Below are positions 28,158 to 37,435 of a stretch of 64,000 nt of DNA, piece by piece. Numbering within the stretch: the first letter of the stretch is position 1; the number at the start of each line of letters is the position of its first letter. The DNA comes from Vicinamibacterales bacterium. GTDB lineage: Bacteria; Acidobacteriota; Vicinamibacteria; Vicinamibacterales; UBA8438. The DNA lies in contig CBDBKJ010000006.1 in the NCBI GenBank assembly GCA_965206705.1, positions 1,849,355 through 1,913,354 of the forward strand, in the 5' to 3' direction. Under the pieces are notes generated by a model, which was given only the letters and a program-made list of their open reading frames with translations, was not told where the DNA came from and did not search any database. Position numbers and translations under genes: made by a program.

Positions 28158-28802
28158 TCAGGCCCCCCGCGTGATTTCCGCCGCCCGCTGGACGGACGTC
28201 AGGATCTTGTCGTAGTCGGCGCACCGACACAGGTTGCCCGAGAGCCACTCGGCCGCCTGCTTCCGAGTCGGATTCTGGTTCTCGTTCAGCAACGCCACGG
28301 TGTTCATGATGAACCCGGACATGCAGAACGCGCACTGGAATCCCTGCTCCTCCAGCACCGCCTGCTGCATCGGATGCAGCGTGCCGTCCTCGGCCTCGAG
28401 ACCCTCGATGGTCGTGACCTCGCGCCCGCGCACCGAATGCGTGAGCACGGAACAGCCGTATTGCGGAGTCCCGTCGATGAGTACCGTGCACGCGCCGCAT
28501 TCGGACCGGTCGCAGCCGATCTTCGTCCCGGTCAGACCCAGCTTGTAGCGCAACGTCGTGGCAAGCGTCTCCATGGGAGGCACTTCGATGCGCCGGCTCC
28601 GGCCGTTGACGGCCACGGTGATGAGCCGCTCGACGGCCCCCGCCGCGGGGGTCTGGGCCAGCAACGTTCCGCCGTTGGCGCGGAACAGATAGTTGGTCGA
28701 CGACACGGCCGCGCTCGCGGCGATGGCGCCCTTGATGAAACTTCGTCTGGAAACACCCTGCTGGGTCGTCTCCTCTGTCACCTCGATGATCTCCTGGTTC
28801 AT
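28158..28802 (-). CDS. (2Fe-2S)-binding small subunit with TAT signal (PaoA-like)
   Basis: VSRRSFIKGAIAASAAV (TAT signal), CDRSECGACTVLIDG, and CAFCMSGFIM...CRCADY Fe-S motifs. Confidence 0.9.
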   Translation of the reverse strand: MNQEIIEVTEETTQQGVSRRSFIKGAIAASAAVSSTNYLFRANGGTLLAQTPAAGAVERLITVAVNGRSRRIEVPPMETLATTLRYKLGLTGTKIGCDRSECGACTVLIDGTPQYGCSVLTHSVRGREVTTIEGLEAEDGTLHPMQQAVLEEQGFQCAFCMSGFIMNTVALLNENQNPTRKQAAEWLSGNLCRCADYDKILTSVQRAAEITRGA

Positions 28803-29055
28803 GGGACGATCACCTCCCTCGTTACTAACCGAAGTCCTCGAAGGCCGCAATGCCGGTCGGCCTCGCTGTGGCGCGCACCGAAGAGACCATGCCGCAGTCG
28901 ACACGTGTCTACACCAGCGAATTGTCGATCACTTGGCCGTCGGTTGCAAGGGGTAAATTACATAATCTCTACCTCCGGGGCCACATCCCGGCGCGATGCG
29001 GCCAACCGTTGCGCGGGTGAATCGCGGACGGCGGGCGGAAGTCGCCATTTTCCGG

Positions 29056-30135
29056 CTATGGATTGCGCCCGGTCGGATTCTCGGGGGTGCCGCACTCCTC
29101 GCCGAGATAGCCGTTCCCGCCGCAGTACCGCGCGTCCTGGAGCTGGAGCAGGATGCCGTCCGGATCGGTGAAGTAGAGCTCCGGGGTGCCGCCGGGGGCG
29201 CCGCCGCGATCGGGCATGCGCATCGTCACATACGACTGCAACGGACCGGCCGGACCCGGCGCCTCGCCGCGGGGAGTGACGCCGTAGCTTTCGAGCACCC
29301 CGAGGATGCGGTCGACGTCGAAGTCGTCCACGCTGAGAGAGACGTGGTGGATGAACGGCCCGGTCGGCCCGCCGCCGGCCCCGGCCAGCGCCAGGAACTG
29401 GTTGCCGGACCCGACCCGGAGCACCGGCAGCGCGCCCTGGTAGGTGTCGATGGGCATGCCGAAGAGCTGCTGATAGAGCGCGATGGAGCGCTGCTGATCG
29501 GTCACGAAGATCGTGAAGTGGTTGTAGTCGCGCACGTGCAGCAGGCCTTCGGTCGGCGCCGGCTCCACGGGATCGAGGCAGACGTCGCCCAGCACGCCCT
29601 CGCCGCCGCAGTACGTGCTGTCCTGCAACTGCACGACGACGCCGTCGGGGTCTCCGAAGTACAGCTCGGGGGTCCCCTCGGGGGCGCCGCCGAACTCCGC
29701 ACCGCGCATCCGGATGCGCACCTCCATCGGGCCCGACGTCGGCGACGACGCCACGCCGTGCTCGCCCAGGATGCCCACGAGGCGGTCGGCGTCGAAGCCA
29801 TCGACGGAGAGACAGAAATGACCGATGCCGGGGTTGGCGCTCGATCCGCCGCCGATCGCCAGGAACTGCGGTCCGTCGCCCACCCGCAGGATCACGGTGT
29901 TGGCCTGCCGGGCCGCGATCGGCAGGCCGAACAGCCCCTGATACCAGGCGAGCGACCGCGCCGGGTCGGATACGCCGATCGTCATGTGGTTGAGCGCAGT
30001 GACGGGAATCGGCGGCGTACCCTGCGCGAGCGCTCGCGGGGCCACCGCCGCCGCCGCGAGGGTGCCGAGAAACGCACGCCGGGACACGCGACTCTGCTCG
30101 TGCGCAGTCAGCAACCGTTCGACATCAGTCTGCAT
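29056..30135 (-). CDS. TAT-exported tandem-VOC-domain protein
   Basis: SRRAFLGTLAAAAVAPRALA signal. An internally duplicated VOC unit is visible (...GTPELYFGDPDGVVVQLQDSTYCGG... and ...GTPELYFTDPDGILLQLQDARYCGG...). Confidence 0.75.
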   Translation of the reverse strand: MQTDVERLLTAHEQSRVSRRAFLGTLAAAAVAPRALAQGTPPIPVTALNHMTIGVSDPARSLAWYQGLFGLPIAARQANTVILRVGDGPQFLAIGGGSSANPGIGHFCLSVDGFDADRLVGILGEHGVASSPTSGPMEVRIRMRGAEFGGAPEGTPELYFGDPDGVVVQLQDSTYCGGEGVLGDVCLDPVEPAPTEGLLHVRDYNHFTIFVTDQQRSIALYQQLFGMPIDTYQGALPVLRVGSGNQFLALAGAGGGPTGPFIHHVSLSVDDFDVDRILGVLESYGVTPRGEAPGPAGPLQSYVTMRMPDRGGAPGGTPELYFTDPDGILLQLQDARYCGGNGYLGEECGTPENPTGRNP

Positions 30136-30240
30136 CGTGACACTCCTCGATTCCATCAAGGTTCAAGACGAATCCGCCGCACATACCGGCTTGGGTACCC
30201 TCCGGCGAGCAGCTTTCGAAGGTGGTGCTCCTGTACAACA

Positions 30241-31485
30241 TCACCGGCCCGCCCGCAGCGGCCGGAAGAAGTCGCGCAGGTCGCTCACCAGGACCTCCGG
30301 CTGCTCCATCGCCGCGAAGTGGCCGCCGCGCTCGACCTCGGTCCAGTGGGTGATGTTGTACGACGCCTCGGCCCAGCGGCGCGGGGTGATGAACAGCTCG
30401 TAGGGAAAGATGATGGCGCCGGTCGGCACCTCGATCCGCCCCATCGCCCGCGAGGTCGGGGCGTTGCGGCTCTCGTAGTAGAGCCGGGCCGAGGAGGTCG
30501 CGGTGCCGGTCACCCAGTAGATGGTGATGTTGGTGAGGAGCTCGTCCCGCGTGAAGACCGACTCGGGGTCGCCGTCGCAGTCGCACCACGCGCGGAACTT
30601 CTCGACGATCCAGGCCGCCTGCCCCGCCGGCGAGTCGTTCAGGGCATAGCCGAGGGTCTGCGGCTTGGTGCCCTGAATCTGGGCGTAGCCGCTCTCCGCG
30701 GTGGTGTAGAACGACCGTCGCGCCTCGGACCGCTGGAGCTCTTCGGGCGGCACCCCGTCGGTCGGATCGACGCCCGGCGGCGGCCCCCCGGTCAGCATGT
30801 TGAGGTGCACGCCCACGGCCCGATCGGGATGGTTGAACGCGTGCCAGCGGCTGACGATGGAGCCCCAGTCGCCGCCCTGGATGCCGTAGCGCTCGTAGCC
30901 GAGCCGCGCCATGAGCGCGGCGCCCACCTCGGCGATCTGCTCGGGGCCGAACCCGGGCGCGCGCGGCTTGTCCGAGAACCCGTAGCCGGGCATGGACGGC
31001 GCCACCACATGGAACGCATCCTCGGCCCGCCCGCCGTGGGCGACAGGATCGGTCAGGGGACCGATGATCTTCATGAACTCGGCGATCGAGCCGGGCCAGC
31101 CGTGGGTGATGATCAGCGGCAGCGCGTCCGGCTCGGGCGACCGCTGGTGGATGAAGTGGATGTCGAGATCGCCGATGACGGTCTTGAACTGATCGAACGC
31201 GTTGAGCTGCCGTTCCTGCTCGCGCCAGTCGAACTCGTCCCGCCAGTAGGTGATGAGCTCGGTCACGTAGTCGAGCTCGGCCCCGTAGTCCCAGCCCGCG
31301 CCGTCGAGCTGATCCGGCAGGCGGGTCATCTCGAGGCGGCGGCGCAGGTCGTCGAGCACCTCGTCGGGCACCGCGATCTCGAACGGCCTTAGCTCCGCGT
31401 CGTCGCCGGCCCCGCCCGCCTGTGCCATCACCGCGAGGGGCGTCAGCGCCGCGATGGCGGCCAGCCCCGCAATCCGAATCAGCAT
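30241..31485 (-). CDS. Secreted epoxide hydrolase (alpha/beta hydrolase with EH N-terminal domain)
   Basis: Signal peptide MLIRIAGLAAIAALTPLAVMAQA. RPFEIAVPDEVLDDLRRRLEMTRLP...HFIHQRSPEPDALPLIITHGWPGS is the microsomal-type EH signature. Confidence 0.85.
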   Translation of the reverse strand: MLIRIAGLAAIAALTPLAVMAQAGGAGDDAELRPFEIAVPDEVLDDLRRRLEMTRLPDQLDGAGWDYGAELDYVTELITYWRDEFDWREQERQLNAFDQFKTVIGDLDIHFIHQRSPEPDALPLIITHGWPGSIAEFMKIIGPLTDPVAHGGRAEDAFHVVAPSMPGYGFSDKPRAPGFGPEQIAEVGAALMARLGYERYGIQGGDWGSIVSRWHAFNHPDRAVGVHLNMLTGGPPPGVDPTDGVPPEELQRSEARRSFYTTAESGYAQIQGTKPQTLGYALNDSPAGQAAWIVEKFRAWCDCDGDPESVFTRDELLTNITIYWVTGTATSSARLYYESRNAPTSRAMGRIEVPTGAIIFPYELFITPRRWAEASYNITHWTEVERGGHFAAMEQPEVLVSDLRDFFRPLRAGR

Positions 31486-31825
31486 CGTCACGTTCCTCTC
31501 GTCAAGCAGCCGCAGAGCACCGCGACCGACATCGCCGCGGGGCATCTCCCTGGAAACCTCTCTCGCGGGAGTTCACGGGAAGCGGCGAGCCGTCCGGGTT
31601 CGTATCATACCAAGGCCCCGAGACCGGCCCGCCAAGGCGCCGGCCGAACCGGGTGCACGCCAGATTCGTGAGATGGGCTCTCAGGCGGCCCTTGCGGCTC
31701 GTCGCTCCCAGAAATCCTCCTTGGAACCAGCTTTTCCGTCCGCTCGCTGGCTTGCCGTCCAGGAAGCGGCGAGGAACGGCCCATATCATGGGCAGCTTCT
31801 CTTCAAGACAGTCCCCTAGCTATAG

Positions 31826-32635
31826 CTAGAGCACCACCGCGAGGGCGATGCCCGACACCACCGCGGTGGTGAGCCCCACGAGGGCGATCCGCAGGCCGTG
31901 CCGCCGCTCGAACCAGTCGGCGAATGGCCAGAAGACCCACCGCACGGCCCGCCTGAACCTCGCGAGGGCCAGCCCGAGCCCCAGCCACCAGGTGCCGGCG
32001 GCCAGCGTGACGAGGAGGGTCGCGCCGAGCCAGTACGGGGCCGGGAGCCACCCGAAGAGAAAGTCGCGCGTGGCGTGCAGTTCCGGTGGCAGCTCCGGAT
32101 CGGCGGCAAGCCCCCCCAAGAGGACGGGAGGGAGAATGACGGCAACGATAGCCAGGGCCACGTAGATGAACACGAGCGGCGGATACAGCAGCCACTTGCG
32201 GGCGCCGACCGGTTCGCTCCGTTCCTCGATCAGCGCCGCCCCGGCGCGGGCGATCAGAATGCTGGCGAAGAAGGCCAGAGGAGCGGCGGAGCCGAGAAGC
32301 GGACACCCGAGGAAGAGGCCCAGCGTCAGATACGCGAGCCGCCAGTCCTCCCGTCCCGAGCTGAGCTGGAGCAGCAGCTTCCGCCACGCCGGCAGCTCGT
32401 CGGTCGGCACCCAGTCGCCGGGGCTGCCGAGCCGGTCGAGCACACCGCGCAGACGCTCGGCCGTAACGGGCGCGGACGCGCCTTCCAGCTCCGCCTCGAT
32501 GTGCCCCCGGATCTCGCGCTCCACGTCGTCGGCATCGACCGACGGGTGCGGTCGCAGCGCGCTGTTGACGCGGCCGAGGTACCGTTCGAGGTCGCTCTGC
32601 GCGTCCTCGGTGAAGATCGGTAGCGCTGTCATCAT
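31826..32635 (-). CDS. Membrane protein co-transcribed with PadR (DUF1700/HAAS-like sensor partner)
   Basis: The start ATGATGA overlaps the padR stop. The soluble N-terminus (YLGRVNSAL...REIRGHIEAELE) is followed by several TM helices. Confidence 0.65.
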   Translation of the reverse strand: MMTALPIFTEDAQSDLERYLGRVNSALRPHPSVDADDVEREIRGHIEAELEGASAPVTAERLRGVLDRLGSPGDWVPTDELPAWRKLLLQLSSGREDWRLAYLTLGLFLGCPLLGSAAPLAFFASILIARAGAALIEERSEPVGARKWLLYPPLVFIYVALAIVAVILPPVLLGGLAADPELPPELHATRDFLFGWLPAPYWLGATLLVTLAAGTWWLGLGLALARFRRAVRWVFWPFADWFERRHGLRIALVGLTTAVVSGIALAVVL

Positions 32636-32973
32636 GATGGAACCTCCTTGCCGAGTGCGTCCATGCCCCGCTTCAGGACCTCCCAATAGGCGTTCATCTC
32701 CCCGCGCACCTGATCGCCGCGGGGGGTGAGCTCGTAGTACTTCCGGGCCGGGCCTTCGGGCGATTCCTGGAGCGATGTGCTCACCAGGCCGTCTCGCTTG
32801 AGACGGCTGAGGATGGGGTAGACCGTGCCCTCGCGGATGACGAGGGCGTCGATGCTGCGGAGCCGCTTGACGATGTCGTAGCCGTAGACCGGCGCCTGGC
32901 CCACGACGTTCAGCACGCACAGCTCCAGCACCCCTTTCCTCAATTGCGTCGTCCAGTTGTCTGTGACGTCCAT
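32632..32973 (-). CDS. PadR-family transcriptional regulator
   Basis: LRKGVLELCVLNVVGQAPVYGYDIVKRL...EGTVYPILSRLKRDGLV...RKYYELTPRG is the canonical PadR winged HTH. Confidence 0.9.
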   Translation of the reverse strand: MDVTDNWTTQLRKGVLELCVLNVVGQAPVYGYDIVKRLRSIDALVIREGTVYPILSRLKRDGLVSTSLQESPEGPARKYYELTPRGDQVRGEMNAYWEVLKRGMDALGKEVPS

Positions 32974-33284
32974 GAGCCAACTATATTTCAATGCATAGTA
33001 GCTGTCAAATAAGTGTAGACGAGAAAGGCGGGACGGCCGATGGACGGGGTCGGCACGAGGACGACCTGGCACGCGCGGGCGTGGCGGTCGAGGATGAGGC
33101 GGGTCAGCAGGCGGATGTACCGACCTGATGCGCGCACGGGTGGTAGCGGACCGAGGCGATGACCGGCTTGCCGGCCGGCATCGCCCTGGATGGGGGCGTC
33201 CCGTCAGGCCGCGACGCCGGGCGGATAGCCCGCGTTACCCTGGGGTGCCGCACCGTATCGGCAGCTACGCTGAAGCACGAATAT

Positions 33285-33298
33285 GACCAGATATGGTC
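33285..33298. promoter_or_regulatory. Inverted repeat GACCA-N4-TGGTC upstream of the phd-type antitoxin
   Basis: Perfect 5-bp arms, 11 nt upstream of the ATG at 33309, inside an AT-richer stretch. Candidate autoregulatory operator. Confidence 0.35.
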
Positions 33299-33308
33299 TA
33301 ATGAGGAC

Positions 33309-33566
33309 ATGAACCAGGTCGTGAAGGTATCGGAGCTGAAGGCGAAGCTGAGCGGCTACCTCGCCCGCGTTCGAGGCGGCGCTACCGTCACGGTCTGCGA
33401 TCGTCGGACACCGATCGCGAAGCTGGTACCCTTCGACGACGATCCCGGCGGGATCGAGGTGCGGGAACCGATCGATGCCGCCGGTCTGCCCGTCGCACCG
33501 CGCATCGCACTCCGGAAACGGATCGACGTCGTGGAGCTACTGCTGGCGGACCGGGAGCATCGGTGA
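33309..33566 (+). CDS. Phd/YefM-type antitoxin
   Basis: MNQVVKVSELKAKLSGYLARVRGGATVTVCDRRTPIAKLVP is the typical Phd/YefM N-terminus. Its stop overlaps a GTG that opens a VapC-like N-terminus. Confidence 0.75.
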   Translation: MNQVVKVSELKAKLSGYLARVRGGATVTVCDRRTPIAKLVPFDDDPGGIEVREPIDAAGLPVAPRIALRKRIDVVELLLADREHR

Positions 33567-34092
33567 CGGTCTACCTGGACACCAGCGTCGTGTTGCGCGC
33601 ACTGATCGACCTGCAGGTCCTGGCGTTCGAATCGGACCTGACCCGCATGATCACCTTCATGATCGGCAAGGAGCTGAGCAACCGCACGTTCCCCGAGATC
33701 GGGGTGCCCGACCAGCACCACCCCCTGTCGCACCATCAGAACAACCCCGAGAGCCTCGAGAAGCTCACCCGGGTGCAGATGTTCCAGACCGGGTTGCTGG
33801 CATACTACCTGGAACGCCTCGCGGCGACCGCCGACGGCGACGGCTCGCTCCTGGATCAGATCACGCTGCTCTACGGCAGCGGCATGAGCGACAGCAACCT
33901 GCATATCCCGCTCGGGCTGCCGATCCTGGTCGGGGCGGCGGCGCCGGCACCCTGAAGGGCGGCCGTCACCTCCGGTATCCGGACGGCACCCCGCTGTCGA
34001 ACCTGTACCAGACGCTGCTGAACAAGCTCGGCGTGCCCGTCGAGCGGATCGGCGACAGCACCGGGACGTTCAGGGAGCTGTCGGCCGTCTAA
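33563..34092 (+). pseudogene. Chimeric remnant: the first ~13 codons of a PIN/VapC toxin fused to the 3' half of a DUF1552 gene, which is itself frameshifted
   Basis: VTVYLDTSVVLRAL (PIN N-terminus) switches abruptly to DLQVLAFESDLTRMITFMIGKELSNRTFPEIGVPDQHHPLSHHQ... (mid-DUF1552). The tail GGGAGTLKGGRHLRYPDGTPLSNLYQTLLNKLGVPVERIGDSTGTFRELSAV is in another frame (ORF 33475..34092). Confidence 0.75.
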
Positions 34093-34174
34093 GAGTCAGC
34101 GCCTCGGGATTGGGGCCTTCTTGACGTAGGAAGCCGCGTTTGCGGGGTCGGTCTCGATGCCGTACAGCGGCCCG

Positions 34175-34489
34175 TCAGCCGCCGTCGCCGGCGCCCCCGT
34201 CGCCGAAGCCCCCGCCGTCGCCGGAACCGCCGGCGCCACTGTCCCCGCCGTCAGCCGCGAGATCGTCCCCCTGCATCGCGGCGAGCATGGCGGAGGTGTT
34301 CCCGTCGGCGTTCCCCGCGGCCTTTCCGTCCGGCCGGCCGGCGGTCCCGGACTCGCCGGTTCGGCGAGCCCACCAGGTTTCCAGCTTCGCGGCCAGCGGC
34401 GCCACCCTCGACACGGCCGCCGCGACGATCAGCGCTCCCGCCGTCAGGACGGCCAAGACCACGGCTACCGCGGCGGCGAATCTCAGCAT
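34175..34489 (-). CDS. Small membrane-anchored protein with a Gly/Asp-rich tail (hypothetical)
   Basis: MLRFAAAVAVVLAVLTAGALIVAAAV (TM helix) followed by ...DGGDSGAGGSGDGGGFGDGGAGDGG. It is the last ORF of the co-directional cluster. Confidence 0.4.
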   Translation of the reverse strand: MLRFAAAVAVVLAVLTAGALIVAAAVSRVAPLAAKLETWWARRTGESGTAGRPDGKAAGNADGNTSAMLAAMQGDDLAADGGDSGAGGSGDGGGFGDGGAGDGG

Positions 34490-34566
34490 TCCGCACCCGG
34501 ACCCTTCGGCTTCATCCGTTCCAGCTTCCCAGGTCCGCCGGCGCGCCCGGGGGCGCAACGCCTGGC

Positions 34567-36648
34567 CTACCGGGCCAGCGGGTCCGGCCTCATCTGGAAC
34601 TTGACGGCCTTGCCCAGCACGCCGTCGCCGCCTTCGCCGCGGCCGCCCTCGATGTGCCAGGTTGCATAGGTCGAGAAGCTGGCCCAGTAGCCCCGGCCCT
34701 TCCAGCCGGCGTCGGGGTCGTCGACCCGGCCGTTCCCCGAGCGGGGGAAGAACCCGAGCGGATAGGGCACCCGCAGCGTGACGTAGCGCCCGAGATTCGG
34801 CGAGAACACCTCCATGGCGTCGGTGTTCACCGACCCGTAGATCGGCGCGTCGGCCCCGAGCCCCAGCGTGTCGTGGAAGTCCATGTGGGCCAGATAGCTC
34901 TCGTTGGCATGGAAGAAGCTGTCGCCGTAGGTCGGATCGTCCTTCCGCCGATAGGACCACCCCTGGGGACAGCTCTGCCCCGTCGCCTGAGGATCGCTCG
35001 TCGTATCGCACAACGAGCGGTCGAACCCGGAGAAGTGGCCGCTGACCCGCCAGTTCTGCCACGCCACCCCCCCGCCGTCGACCTCGACGCCCCCGGATCC
35101 GATGACGTCCGGGTCGAGCCCCGGCGGCGGCTCGTAGTACTCGGCCTGACAGGTCTCGGGGGGGTTGTCGCCCTTTTCGAGCCGCACGAGCCGCCGGTCG
35201 CCGCGGCCGATGCCCGAGCACCACAGGCTGCCGTCGGCATGACTCACCGCCACCGAATAGCAGCCGAAGGCGATGCGGTGGTCCATCCCCGGCGACACCG
35301 GCTCGTCCGGCTCGGTCCATTCGATGATGACGCCGTCGCCGGTGGTGTCGATGACGGCCGGGCACCAGCCCTGGGACGCCTCGGCGTCGTGGGTCTCGTC
35401 CCACATGTCCATGTCGATCCACCCGATGGCGCCGTTCTGCCCGAAGTACAGGAAGTCGTCGTCGCTCATCTGGTTGTGGTCGGCGCTGAAGCAGGTGTCG
35501 ATCTGCTCGAACTCGCCGGTATCCGGGTCGTACAGCGATACCTGGCGGCTCGCCCGCTGCAGGGGATAGTTGGCGGCGAAAGGGTTCTCGTCCGACGTGC
35601 AGAACGCCGGCTGCTGCTCCGGATCCCGCACCCGCGACGCCATCCAGACGCGCCCCCGGCCGTCGACGGCCGAGCTCCGCACGTCGGCCCGGCGCGCCCA
35701 GACGTCGTCGCCGTAGTGGGGCGACCGGGTCGGCGACGCGTTGAACCCCCCCACGAGGGGCGGGGCCGTGGACGGCACCGTCACCACCGACGCGGTATGG
35801 GTCACGGGGTCGAGCACCGTCAACGAATCGGTCATCTCGGCGACGCCGTAGACGGGACCGTCGGCGTTCACCGTCCCGTCCCGGATGTCGGCCGCCGCCA
35901 TGTCGGTGCGCCCGTCGATCTCCGAGCCCCAGTCCCACAGCGTGATCACCAGGTTGCGCTCCGCTCCGGCGGGACGGGGCGGGGCCTCGGCCGGCGCCAC
36001 GCCCGCCGCCACGCGATCCGACCAGTCGGCGAGGGCCTGCCGCATGTCGCCCAGCGCCCGGAACTGCTGCGCCATGCCCGGTCCGGACGGCCCCACCCCG
36101 GTGCGCCGGGTCCAGGCGTCGAGGGTCGAGCCGGCGCCCCGCATGGCCGGCAGCATCTCGCGGGTCGCCTTGTTGCCCACCTGGTGGCAGTCGTAGCACT
36201 GCTTCATGGTCAGGGCGAAGTCGAGCTGGGCGGCGGGGTCGGCCGGGGGCTCGACCATCGTCAGCCACCACCCGGCCGGGTACACCTGCGCCGCCGCCCG
36301 CGCGTCCGGGGCGAGGGTCGCCTCGATGTCGACCTGATCGCCGGGGCCGGCCGGCACCCGGGCCGAGTCGAGCAGCCCATAGCCCCGCACGAACAGCTCG
36401 TAGCGCGCTGCCGGCAGATCCGGTACGACGTAGCGGCCCTCGTCGTCGGTGACGACGATGCGGGCGAGCTTCGTGGGCAGATCGGTGGTCTCGGCAATCA
36501 CCCAGACCCCCGCCTCCGGACCATCGGCGCTGGTCACCACCCCGCCGATGTCGTCCGCATCGATGGGAACCCCGGTCTGCGCGGCGACCCACACCAGCGA
36601 ACCGGCCAGCCCCGCCGCGACCACCAGCGCACGTTTCCACACGGGCAT
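34567..36648 (-). CDS. Secreted carboxypeptidase-regulatory-like domain protein with one CxxCH heme motif and a large C-terminal region of unassigned fold
   Basis: Start trimmed to MPVWKRALVVAAGLAGSLVWVAAQ. GVVTSADGPEAGVWVIAETTD...DDEGRYVVPDLPAARYELFVRG is a CarboxypepD_reg-like fold. It also contains MKQCYDCHQVGNK. Confidence 0.75.
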   Translation of the reverse strand: MPVWKRALVVAAGLAGSLVWVAAQTGVPIDADDIGGVVTSADGPEAGVWVIAETTDLPTKLARIVVTDDEGRYVVPDLPAARYELFVRGYGLLDSARVPAGPGDQVDIEATLAPDARAAAQVYPAGWWLTMVEPPADPAAQLDFALTMKQCYDCHQVGNKATREMLPAMRGAGSTLDAWTRRTGVGPSGPGMAQQFRALGDMRQALADWSDRVAAGVAPAEAPPRPAGAERNLVITLWDWGSEIDGRTDMAAADIRDGTVNADGPVYGVAEMTDSLTVLDPVTHTASVVTVPSTAPPLVGGFNASPTRSPHYGDDVWARRADVRSSAVDGRGRVWMASRVRDPEQQPAFCTSDENPFAANYPLQRASRQVSLYDPDTGEFEQIDTCFSADHNQMSDDDFLYFGQNGAIGWIDMDMWDETHDAEASQGWCPAVIDTTGDGVIIEWTEPDEPVSPGMDHRIAFGCYSVAVSHADGSLWCSGIGRGDRRLVRLEKGDNPPETCQAEYYEPPPGLDPDVIGSGGVEVDGGGVAWQNWRVSGHFSGFDRSLCDTTSDPQATGQSCPQGWSYRRKDDPTYGDSFFHANESYLAHMDFHDTLGLGADAPIYGSVNTDAMEVFSPNLGRYVTLRVPYPLGFFPRSGNGRVDDPDAGWKGRGYWASFSTYATWHIEGGRGEGGDGVLGKAVKFQMRPDPLAR

Positions 36649-36949
36649 CGACTCCTCCTGACTCGTTTCCGAACGCCCGGCCTCTCCCCGGGGCCCCCGC
36701 GGTTTCGTCGGCGGGAACGGGTGTGGGCCGGCTTGTGCGAGAACGGGACCGCAAGAGTATCCGCCCCGGTGCAGGAAGTCGGGAAACGCAGGTATCCGGC
36801 CGACCCGACCGGGCTCTTGTGGCAAACAGGCCCAAGCCTCTTCCTCGACCCCGCCCACCCGAAGCGCCGACTCGAGGGGGGCTCGACCGGTACCGGCCGA
36901 GGCCGGGCCGCCGACGGCGCGCAGTAGTGCGCCGCCGCGGCGCCGCTCC

Positions 36950-37411
36950 TCAGGGGAGGGCGCTCGAATTGACCCGGTAGCCGCCGTCTCCGTCCGGCTC
37001 GCGGTACACCGCGTGACAGGCGATGCAGCCTTCGGTAGCCTCGCTCGCGATCGCGGCGGCCGCCGCGGCGTCCACCGACTCGGCCGAGAGCGCGGTGTCG
37101 AGCGCATCCAGCCGCTCCAGGGCCGTCCGCAGCCACGCCACCGCATCCTGCCGGTCGCGATCGCGCCAGAACGTGACGGTGGTGGCCAGCTGCTCGCGGG
37201 ACCGGATGGCCCGTTCCTTGGCGGTGGAGAAGTCGCCCGCCGCCAACGCCGCCCGCACGCCGGCGACGTTCGGGCCGAGCGTCGTCATGATGGCGTCGAG
37301 ATGCGCCGCGGTGAAGATTGGATAGGGCCCGTCCTGCCCGGCCGCCGCCGCAGGCAGCGAGAGCAGGACGGCGACCGTCAGGGCAGGTCCGACCGCACGT
37401 GGCCAGGGCAT
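36950..37411 (-). CDS. Class II cytochrome c (cytochrome c' / c556-like four-helix bundle)
   Basis: Signal peptide, helical composition, and a single CIACH heme motif about 25 residues from the C-terminus. It lies 24 nt downstream of the DUF1552 gene. Confidence 0.7.
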   Translation of the reverse strand: MPWPRAVGPALTVAVLLSLPAAAAGQDGPYPIFTAAHLDAIMTTLGPNVAGVRAALAAGDFSTAKERAIRSREQLATTVTFWRDRDRQDAVAWLRTALERLDALDTALSAESVDAAAAAAIASEATEGCIACHAVYREPDGDGGYRVNSSALP

Positions 37412-37435
37412 GTCGCGATTCCAGGCGCCCGAGAG

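Noticed and set aside
34140-34669. Plus-strand Pro/Ala-rich ORFs (154 and 170 aa) overlapping the small Gly/Asp-tailed gene.
   Set aside because: They are the mirror image of the Gly-rich minus-strand coding sequence and of the 3' end of the 34567..36648 gene. They have no start context or motifs.
36649-36949. A 300-nt non-coding gap between the cytochrome c' gene and the CarboxypepD_reg/CxxCH gene; considered an ncRNA or small gene.
   Set aside because: There is no ORF with a credible start or composition and no clear conserved structure I can recognise. It is probably an internal promoter or UTR, but that is unsupported.
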